From a virus (taxonomy: Duplodnaviria > Caudoviricetes): 44,007 nt of DNA. Every line of letters begins with the position of its first letter. Within the stretch, counting starts at the first letter, position 1. The DNA lies in the IMG/VR virus record IMGVR_UViG_3300031519_000048, positions 1-44,007 of that record; one strand, 5' to 3'. The position numbers and the translations under genes were made by a program. The notes under the pieces were generated by a model, which was not told where the DNA came from, searched no databases, and worked only from the letters and a program-made list of their open reading frames with translations. Below are positions 27,203-34,784 of this stretch, piece by piece.

Positions 27203-28054
27203 ATGGCAAGTTTACGCTCATTACTGCAAGAGAAAGTTACGCCTAAATATAGCGGTGTAACAGAACTCAACAGAACAATCGCAGGAACGCAGATGTACTT
27301 TACCGGGCTGTGTAATGGTGCTGTTTACGATAACAACTATTGCAGAAACTTTGCATGTCTATGGCCTTTACCGGCAGGATCTGATTATGTCACATTTGAA
27401 GCATGGGGCGGTGGTGGTGGCGGTGCTGGCGCATGTTGTTGCGGTTGGGGATTCCCAGGCGGCGCAGGCGCTTACGCAAAGAAGACACTAGATAATACTG
27501 GTGGCACATATGATCTTTGTCCGTACGATCTGTTTGCTGCATACAGAGGATGCTGTAGTCCTGTAGGCAGTTGTGGATACAGAGGATGCCAAAGTTGGGT
27601 AACAGGCGCAGGCCTAACTAACTTCTGTGCCGAAGGCGGCGCACCAGGATGTTTCCGTTGTAACATGTGGACACAAATGAATTTAGGTATTTGCCCAAGT
27701 AACGTTACTACACCAGCATGTGCATGTTACTATGGTGCCGATTACGGTGTACCTGGACGTCCAGGTATGTTGCAAACAGACGACTGTACTGCTAACAGTT
27801 GTCAATATAAGATGGGCATCCCTAATCCAGGCGAACGTTCAAATGATCAAAATGCGTATCACTTTGTTAGATATAGTGGCTTCAACGATGTTCCAGAAGA
27901 AGAAGCATGTCACAACAGCGGCGGTGGTCTAAACAGCGGCGGACGGGGCGGCGTAGCAGTTGGCATGGGCGCCCCAACAGCATCGGCTCAAGGCGGCAGC
28001 TGCTATTGTGGCATTGGCGGCGGACCAGGATTAATTAGAGTGAGTTATTTATAA
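27203..28054 (+). CDS. Cys/Gly-rich virion protein, paralogue 1 (start revised to ATG 27203)
   Basis: MASLRSLL matches the starts of the two neighbours; FEAWGGGGGGAGACCC, GAYAKK and NFCAEGG; 22 Cys counted. Confidence 0.7.
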   Translation: MASLRSLLQEKVTPKYSGVTELNRTIAGTQMYFTGLCNGAVYDNNYCRNFACLWPLPAGSDYVTFEAWGGGGGGAGACCCGWGFPGGAGAYAKKTLDNTGGTYDLCPYDLFAAYRGCCSPVGSCGYRGCQSWVTGAGLTNFCAEGGAPGCFRCNMWTQMNLGICPSNVTTPACACYYGADYGVPGRPGMLQTDDCTANSCQYKMGIPNPGERSNDQNAYHFVRYSGFNDVPEEEACHNSGGGLNSGGRGGVAVGMGAPTASAQGGSCYCGIGGGPGLIRVSYL

Positions 28055-28055
28055 T

Positions 28056-28943
28056 ATGTCAAATTTAAGATCATTACTACACGAAGGAAACGCAAAGTAT
28101 ACAGGCGCAACACCTGAGGGGTTTGCACTAAGTCCACATCAACCAGCTTCTGTTATGCCGAAAGGATGCACTCAAGTGTTCCAAATGCGCTGCATATATA
28201 CACCAGACAGCGCATACGGACAAGCATGTGTTTGTGGCTGGTGTACACCTAGCGGTGCTAATAAAATTACCTTTGAAATATGGGGCGGTGGCGGCGGCGG
28301 CGCAGGAGCGTGCTGTTGCCAAAACGGACAACCTGGCGGCTCGGGCGCTTATGCAAAGAAAACGGTAGATTCAAACTCACTAGTAGCAGGAGCATGCTAT
28401 TGTTTTTGTATTGCGTATCCTACAGATTGTGCTGTAACTTGCTGTGGAATTATAGGATGTGTTACTCGTGTTAGCGGCAACGGTCTAAGCAACTTTTGCG
28501 CAGAAGGCGGCTACGGCGGCAAAAACTGTTGCTTTACATTTTGGGGCAATTTTAGTTGCGTAGGAAACTGTTGCGCTAGTAGTAAAATATATTTGTGTTA
28601 CGACGAAACTTGCTGTAGAATGTTTTACGGCGCAGATTCGGGCAGTTACGGCAAAGCTGGATTCTTATGGGCACAGTGTTCCTGTGGACCTTGCTATTGG
28701 AAATACGGAATGCCTTACCCTGGCGGATTAATTAACCAATGCGGCGGGTATATGATGCAACGTGTGCAAGGTAATGCTTGTAATAACGAATGGATGAAAT
28801 GCGGTGTAACGTTTGGTTATCATAACAATACAACTGATCACTTCACTCCAGGCATGGGCGGCGTATCTGCTACAAGTTGTGGTGGCGGCTGTTGCTACGG
28901 TCTAGGTGGTATGCCAGGCATGGTAAAGATAACATATCAGTAA
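28056..28943 (+). CDS. Cys/Gly-rich virion protein, paralogue 2
   Basis: MSNLRSLL; FEIWGGGGGGAGACCC, GAYAKK and NFCAEGG; 33 Cys counted. Confidence 0.7.
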   Translation: MSNLRSLLHEGNAKYTGATPEGFALSPHQPASVMPKGCTQVFQMRCIYTPDSAYGQACVCGWCTPSGANKITFEIWGGGGGGAGACCCQNGQPGGSGAYAKKTVDSNSLVAGACYCFCIAYPTDCAVTCCGIIGCVTRVSGNGLSNFCAEGGYGGKNCCFTFWGNFSCVGNCCASSKIYLCYDETCCRMFYGADSGSYGKAGFLWAQCSCGPCYWKYGMPYPGGLINQCGGYMMQRVQGNACNNEWMKCGVTFGYHNNTTDHFTPGMGGVSATSCGGGCCYGLGGMPGMVKITYQ

Positions 28944-28962
28944 ATATAGGTAAAAGAAAAAC

Positions 28963-29772
28963 ATGGCAACATTAAGATCATTATTAGCAAACCCGGTAGA
29001 CAACTCAGTTTCACCGTCATTATTTCCTAACTTTTTACCAGAAGGCGAAGCATGGGTTTGGCAAGCAACGTGTTGGACTTGCCACATGACCGACTATCAA
29101 GAAACATGCTGTATGAAGTGGACTGTTGAAAACGGAAAAACTGACGTTACTTTTGAAATATGGGGTGGCGGCGGCAACGGCGCAGGATCTTGCTGCTGCA
29201 TGTCAGGACCGGGAGGCGGCTCGGGGGCATACGCAAAGAAACGTATTACTGCAACTGCCGGAGATAGATATGACATGCAACTTGCACAAGCAACTTGTTG
29301 TTCTAACACATCGCCTGGATGCCGTGGATGTATAACTTGGGTAACAGGCAATGGATTATCTAACTTCTGTGCCGAAGGCGGCGCAAGTGGAACATCAGTG
29401 TGTTTCCCAAGTTGTTGTTTTTCTATGTGTACTTGTGGTACACAAGCGGTAGCATACGGCGGTGACGTTATGAAAGAAGGCGTGCGTTCATGCTGGTGGT
29501 TTATTTGTTGTGATAACCAATGTTGGAATAAGCGATTCCAAGCATACCCTGCAGGACTTGTTAACGAAAACGGCGGTACTGCCCTATCTGGACAGCGTGG
29601 TAATAACTATGTTGATTTTGAATCTTGCTCAGTTGCAAGCTATATTGGCTTTGCCCAAATGCAAAATCAATACGTTCCAGGACTTGGCGGCGGTACAGGC
29701 ATGACAAGCGGTGGATGCTGCACACAAGGTGTTCCGGGACGTCCTGGACTAGTTAAAATAACTTACAAATAA
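28963..29772 (+). CDS. Cys/Gly-rich virion protein, paralogue 3
   Basis: MATLRSLL; FEIWGGGGNGAGSCCC, GAYAKK and NFCAEGG; 24 Cys counted. Confidence 0.7.
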   Translation: MATLRSLLANPVDNSVSPSLFPNFLPEGEAWVWQATCWTCHMTDYQETCCMKWTVENGKTDVTFEIWGGGGNGAGSCCCMSGPGGGSGAYAKKRITATAGDRYDMQLAQATCCSNTSPGCRGCITWVTGNGLSNFCAEGGASGTSVCFPSCCFSMCTCGTQAVAYGGDVMKEGVRSCWWFICCDNQCWNKRFQAYPAGLVNENGGTALSGQRGNNYVDFESCSVASYIGFAQMQNQYVPGLGGGTGMTSGGCCTQGVPGRPGLVKITYK

Positions 29773-29788
29773 TTAAGGTGAAAAGAAG

Positions 29789-30469
29789 ATGATTAAAACA
29801 GTTAGTATAGAGTTTGAATATAACTTACCAGATGAGTATTTAATGCAAACTTGCGAACTTGGACTTGTAGGCACTTATACGTATACTGGTCCTGATAAAA
29901 TGTATGTGTTTGTTAGAAGAGACACTATGTTATTAGATCCGTCAGTTGGACATGTTCCAGTAGATAATAAGGATCCCGATCACGCTGAAAAAGAAGCAAC
30001 ACTTAAAGCAGGACTAGGATGGCATGCAATATATGTTGACGCAGCAGCACAACCTGTTATTGCAACATTAATTGCATGTCCGAAAATGGCTAGCGAGTTA
30101 CCACAAAAAGAGTATAAACTTGATGGCGACGATACTGTTTACTATAGCAGACCTGAACCTATTATGCCAGACCACTGCTATGAAACTGGTGAAATTTCAT
30201 ATAATTTAGGTACAAATTCATGGGGAATTTTTCCGTGGAAACAACCACATATTACTATGGAAGAATGGGACACAGCAAGAACTATGTTAATTAATAACAT
30301 AGTTTTAGATATTGATGACGAAGATACTAGCGATGAATTAAAAACATCTTTAGAAGCATTTAAAACAGCGCTCGAAGCACTGCCTACAAAGTTTGCAGGA
30401 TGGAGCCCGTGGCAGATACCTTTCCCACAAGATCCGCGTAGCGCAACTGATCCAGAACCAGAAGAATAA
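29789..30469 (+). CDS. Putative tail-fibre assembly chaperone-like protein
   Basis: C-terminal R..L...FKTALEALP...IPFPQDP resembles the YRQALRDLP...WP..P chaperone motif; follows the fibre-tip-like genes. Confidence 0.45.
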   Translation: MIKTVSIEFEYNLPDEYLMQTCELGLVGTYTYTGPDKMYVFVRRDTMLLDPSVGHVPVDNKDPDHAEKEATLKAGLGWHAIYVDAAAQPVIATLIACPKMASELPQKEYKLDGDDTVYYSRPEPIMPDHCYETGEISYNLGTNSWGIFPWKQPHITMEEWDTARTMLINNIVLDIDDEDTSDELKTSLEAFKTALEALPTKFAGWSPWQIPFPQDPRSATDPEPEE

Positions 30470-30503
30470 ACTACCATAACTGGTCTCACTTAAAAATCTA
30501 TTC

Positions 30504-30511
30504 TATAAATA
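30504..30511 (+). promoter_or_regulatory. Perfect T4 late promoter TATAAATA for the GT-carbamoyltransferase pair
   Basis: Exact T4 late consensus about 30 nt upstream of AAGGA/ATG 30541. Confidence 0.7.
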
Positions 30512-30540
30512 TCTTGTAATGAGATATTAAAGGATTTTTA

Positions 30541-31605
30541 ATGAGACCAGTAGCTTTTTTTATGAATGGCGGCGCAGGCCGTGTAATTTGCTCTATTCCT
30601 GCGTTAGAAAAATACGCAGAAGAAATTTCCAAAGACTTTATAATTGTATGCGAAGGCGGCATGGACATGTTTAGGGGACATCCTTTATTACATGATCGTG
30701 TATTCGAATCATGGCATAAAGGTCTGTTTGACGAAAAATTAAAAGACATGGACATTGTAAGTCCAGAGCCATATCGTGTATGGGAATACTATAATCAAAA
30801 ATGCTCATTATCGCAAGCATTTGATATTTTAATTAATAACAAAGGTGTAAGAGATTTACCACATCCTGCTATTATACTCAATGACGAAGAGCGCATTACT
30901 GGTTACAATATTGTTAAAGAAGTAAAAGAAAAAACAGGTAAAGATAAAGTAATTATACTTCAGCCATTTGGTCGTGGAGTACAAAATATGGGCGCAGCTA
31001 TTTCTGACGCTTCTGGTAGAAGTATTGAATATCAAAATCTAATTAGTTTTATTAAAAAATTATCAAAAGATTATGCAGTTATACTAATGACAGAAATGCA
31101 ATTTAATTTTGAAAACGAAGGAATTGATTTTCCTGTTGCGCAACCTAAAGATATCAACTTGCGTATGTGGTCTGGGGTTATTAGTGCAGCAGATTACTTT
31201 TTTGGTTGTGATAGTGTTGGTCAGCATATTGCATATGCATTTGATAAACCGGCAACTATTATTCTAGGTTCTACGTTTGCAGAAAATGTGTCATATCTAG
31301 ATAACGAAAAATTTGATATTCAAGATATGGGAGAAGGTAAACGCATATATGATCCTATACGAATTATGCCAGATGATGTTGCACAACGTAACAATAATGG
31401 CATTATGTTAATGAACGATGCTATTGAAGATGTAATTGTTGAAGCGTTAAATGATAACTTTAATAAATGGGTGAGTGTTACAAAGCCTAACAACGTAACC
31501 GATGATACTCTCCCACAGCTAGAATTAGCACCACTAACAAAAAATTTAAAATTAGTTCCGGGTACTACGCCTGTGGACGTTGAACTAAAACGAGGAAACG
31601 TATGA
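30541..31605 (+). CDS. GT-B glycosyltransferase, GT9 (ADP-heptose heptosyltransferase)-like
   Basis: N-terminal GGAGRVICSIPAL and C-terminal ISAADYFFGCDSVGQHIAYAFDKPATIILG match GT9-like motifs. Confidence 0.65.
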   Translation: MRPVAFFMNGGAGRVICSIPALEKYAEEISKDFIIVCEGGMDMFRGHPLLHDRVFESWHKGLFDEKLKDMDIVSPEPYRVWEYYNQKCSLSQAFDILINNKGVRDLPHPAIILNDEERITGYNIVKEVKEKTGKDKVIILQPFGRGVQNMGAAISDASGRSIEYQNLISFIKKLSKDYAVILMTEMQFNFENEGIDFPVAQPKDINLRMWSGVISAADYFFGCDSVGQHIAYAFDKPATIILGSTFAENVSYLDNEKFDIQDMGEGKRIYDPIRIMPDDVAQRNNNGIMLMNDAIEDVIVEALNDNFNKWVSVTKPNNVTDDTLPQLELAPLTKNLKLVPGTTPVDVELKRGNV

Positions 31606-33386
31606 CTGCGAAAAAAGACTTATGGATTGCTGCAATTGCCCGTGGACACAACGCTGGCGTTTGTTTAATGAAAAACGGCGAGATTATTTTTAGTATTGAA
31701 GAAGAACGTATTAGTCGTCAAAAGTATGATGGCGGTCCGTTTGCATCAATGGTTAAAATCTTAGACTATACTGATAGATTAGATTATCTAGTAGTTGCGC
31801 ATACGCAGTCACTGGCAGAAACAGCCGCTAAAGTAGACTTTACAGGTGATAATATTTACACAGGCATGGCACGCAAACTTGGATTGATTAATAGAAAAGA
31901 AAATATTTATGATCATCCTCAAGTAATTGATTTAAGTCATATGCACCATAAATTGCATGCTGCTTGCGCATTTTATCGTAGTGGTTTTAAAACTGCAACA
32001 GCAGTTATTGTCGACGGCGCAGGCACATTTATTCCTTTAAAAATCAATGACGAAGCAGTTACTGGTTGGGAAACTGAAAGTGTTTTTGATTGTGCATATC
32101 CTTGTGAGTTTGCTACTGTTTATAAAAATATTGGCACTAGAGGACCAAATGCAGGGGCAATGTTTCCTACAATAGAAGACGGAAAAGAGTATACTACAAT
32201 AGTAAGTGATCGTGCTGGTATTGTAAAAGTATACGAAGCAGTAACACAGTATTGCGGATTTAGTGCAATCGAAGCTGGGAAAACCATGGGATTGTTTCCT
32301 TATGGAAAACCAAATGCAAATATTCCAAAACTATTTGAAACAGATACTACTGTTACACTATCAAATAGAAATATAATTGTTCCTACATATCCAAATGCAG
32401 GCAGTGTTAATGCATACTTATATGCTGAATTAGAAGCCAGCAATGCAGATGATGTAACTACATTGTCAAATAGAAGAGACTTAGCTTATGCTTGTCAAGT
32501 TGAAACTCAAGAACAAGTTGCTGAGTTAATTAAAAAATCTGTTAAACTTACTGGAAATAAAAACGTAGTTGTCAGTGGCGGCTACGGTTTAAACTGTGTT
32601 GCCAACTACTATTATTTAGATGCCTTAAAAGACGAAGGCATCAACTTATATGTAGAACCTGTATCTAACGATGCCGGAACCGCTATGGGCGCAGCATATA
32701 TTGTACACAAGTCAATGACAGGCGAAACTGATGTGATTCCGAGGCAAGATACATTATATCTAGGACCAGTTCATACTTATACAGACGATCAAATTACAGC
32801 AATAGCACAAAAATATAATGCATTGATTCAAGATGCAACACATGATGATGTTGTAGAGTTAATAACTAGTAAAAATATTGTTGCTAATTTCCAAGGACGT
32901 AGTGAAAACGGTCCTAGAGCATTAGGTAATCGTAGCTTAATGTTTGATCCTACATTTAAAGACGGTAAAGATTTTGTTAACGAAATTAAGCATCGTGAGT
33001 ATTTCCGACCCTTTGCCGGTAGTATCTTAGAAGAAGATGTACACGAATGGTTTGACTTACGTGGAATGGAAAGTTCACCTACAATGATGTATGCTGTAAA
33101 TTGCCAACCAGGTATTGAAGAAAAAATTCCTGCTATTATTCACGTTGACGGCACATGCCGTATTCAAACAGTTACTAAGGATCAGAACCCTCATTACTAC
33201 GATATTATTAAAGCGTTTAAAGAAAAAACAGGATGCCCGATTATCTTTAATACAAGTTTTAACTTAGGCGGTGAACCTCTTGTAGAAACACTTGATGATG
33301 CATTGTGGACGCTTCAGCAGAGTCGTATTGAATACTTGTATTTGCCCGAGTATAAGAAATTACTTACTATTAAGAATTCGCAGTAA
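31602..33386 (+). CDS. O-carbamoyltransferase (NodU/CmcH/TobZ family)
   Basis: EEERISR.K, HH..HAA.AFY, VDGAG, GKTMGL, SGG..LNCVAN, GPRALGNRS, RE.FRPFA, HVDGT.R.QTV and NTSFN..GEP; ATGA overlap with the upstream GT. Confidence 0.93.
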   Translation: MTAKKDLWIAAIARGHNAGVCLMKNGEIIFSIEEERISRQKYDGGPFASMVKILDYTDRLDYLVVAHTQSLAETAAKVDFTGDNIYTGMARKLGLINRKENIYDHPQVIDLSHMHHKLHAACAFYRSGFKTATAVIVDGAGTFIPLKINDEAVTGWETESVFDCAYPCEFATVYKNIGTRGPNAGAMFPTIEDGKEYTTIVSDRAGIVKVYEAVTQYCGFSAIEAGKTMGLFPYGKPNANIPKLFETDTTVTLSNRNIIVPTYPNAGSVNAYLYAELEASNADDVTTLSNRRDLAYACQVETQEQVAELIKKSVKLTGNKNVVVSGGYGLNCVANYYYLDALKDEGINLYVEPVSNDAGTAMGAAYIVHKSMTGETDVIPRQDTLYLGPVHTYTDDQITAIAQKYNALIQDATHDDVVELITSKNIVANFQGRSENGPRALGNRSLMFDPTFKDGKDFVNEIKHREYFRPFAGSILEEDVHEWFDLRGMESSPTMMYAVNCQPGIEEKIPAIIHVDGTCRIQTVTKDQNPHYYDIIKAFKEKTGCPIIFNTSFNLGGEPLVETLDDALWTLQQSRIEYLYLPEYKKLLTIKNSQ

Positions 33387-33399
33387 ATACCATAAATAC
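33384..33399 (+). promoter_or_regulatory. Tandem late promoter boxes
   Basis: TAAATAC at 33384 and 33393, upstream of ATG 33428. Confidence 0.55.
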
Positions 33400-33427
33400 A
33401 CTGTATAATAAAGAGAGACAACAGTAA

Positions 33428-33832
33428 ATGTTTAATATAAAAAACTTTTTTGGTCAGGGTTTAAAAAACAGTGTATTAATGAAAAATAATAGCGGTTTTT
33501 CTCATTCAGGTCCTTGGCAACTTGTTAATGCAAGTAATAACATGGACAGGTGGCACGTTGGCGATTTTAGTGCTGTTGAGTATACAGTGTCAGTTGACTT
33601 AGATACTAACAACAAAGAAATTTTAAAATGTTTAGTTACAGCTACTGGTAATAATGCTCAACTAGTTGTATATGCTAGATCTTTTACTAATACGCAATTA
33701 GTAAACATGTCAGCGGTTGTAAACAGCTCGTATGTAGATGTTATAATTTCTGCAGAATCAACAAAAAAACAAGCTTCAAAGTTTATTTTTACAGCAAGCT
33801 ACTTTCAAAATCAAAATCCTCTAGTATCATAA
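33428..33832 (+). CDS. Hypothetical virion protein (small beta domain)
   Basis: Intact ORF with a late promoter; D.W....FSAVEY.V pattern resembles phage fibre beta-domains. Confidence 0.5.
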   Translation: MFNIKNFFGQGLKNSVLMKNNSGFSHSGPWQLVNASNNMDRWHVGDFSAVEYTVSVDLDTNNKEILKCLVTATGNNAQLVVYARSFTNTQLVNMSAVVNSSYVDVIISAESTKKQASKFIFTASYFQNQNPLVS

Positions 33833-33845
33833 AAGTGATACTAGA

Positions 33846-33852
33846 TAAATAC
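33846..33852 (+). promoter_or_regulatory. Late promoter box
   Basis: GATAAATAC upstream of GGAG/ATG 33870. Confidence 0.6.
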
Positions 33853-33869
33853 AATAGTTGGAGATTGAG

Positions 33870-34778
33870 ATGAAACGAGCCACAGGTAATGCCTTTAGAT
33901 CAGATTATGGATTTTTAAGTCCAAACTTTTCTGTTGATTCAGAAGGCAACATAACGGCTGCATCAATTAATACTAATGACACAAGTTCTGGTATTGTTGA
34001 TTTTGCAATAACAGATATTAATCCAACAGATCCGTTAAACATTGGTAGCTTTTGGGTTGACGGTTATGAAATTTCGTACCCGTCATTAACTCTTGAACGC
34101 GGCCGTAGATATACAATAGGTTTAACATTTTCTCTAAAAAGTTTTTATTTACGTAGGCCTTCAGATGCGCTTTACTCTCAGGGGTTAATACACAGTGACG
34201 GATCAACCGGTGAAGCTGCATTAGGAAAAAAGAGTGGATCATTAAGTATTACAGTTCCTGTAACATATACTGATAGCACTATTCGATATACTGATGTTGC
34301 TGGTGAATCCTTTGGCGTATTTAATATTGTTGATCCGGCTGGACAGTTTGGGTCGTTAGATGTAACATCTGCTACACAGTCATTAGACGCATTAACTGGC
34401 GCACTTACAGTAGCTGGTGGTGTAGGAATTGTCGGCAATTTAAATGTAGCAGGTAGTATCACTACATCAGAATTATTACTAAACGGTGTCGGAATTGCAA
34501 AATTAGAATCTGCTACAAATTTAGAATTATCAGCTGGAAATAAAATAGTATTAAAAATTAATTCAGTATTGCTTGGAAGTATTGATAGTACAGGATTATC
34601 AATACCTATAAATAATGCTACAATAGATGATACACCGATTGGTGCTATTTCGCCTTCAACAGCAGCATTTACGTCAGGCACATTAGAATCTGTAAGTGCA
34701 ACTGATACATCTAGCATTACAAACAAAAAATACGTAGATAGTACAGCTACAGCATTAGCAATAGCATTTGGGATATAA
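33870..34778 (+). CDS. Fibre-type virion protein (start revised to ATG 33870)
   Basis: GGAG SD at 33860; TGALTVAGGVGI.GNLNV fibre motif; C-terminal NKKYVD...ALAIAFGI. Confidence 0.65.
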   Translation: MKRATGNAFRSDYGFLSPNFSVDSEGNITAASINTNDTSSGIVDFAITDINPTDPLNIGSFWVDGYEISYPSLTLERGRRYTIGLTFSLKSFYLRRPSDALYSQGLIHSDGSTGEAALGKKSGSLSITVPVTYTDSTIRYTDVAGESFGVFNIVDPAGQFGSLDVTSATQSLDALTGALTVAGGVGIVGNLNVAGSITTSELLLNGVGIAKLESATNLELSAGNKIVLKINSVLLGSIDSTGLSIPINNATIDDTPIGAISPSTAAFTSGTLESVSATDTSSITNKKYVDSTATALAIAFGI

Positions 34779-34784
34779 AAGAAT

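Noticed and set aside
29071-29085. CWTCH, a CxxCH heme-c motif, in Cys-rich paralogue 3
   Set aside because: It is absent from the two paralogues, there is no export signal, and it can easily arise by chance at ~9% Cys.
27203-29772. Diversity-generating retroelement acting on the paralogues
   Set aside because: There is no reverse transcriptase or non-coding template repeat in the window, and the differences are not adenine-specific.
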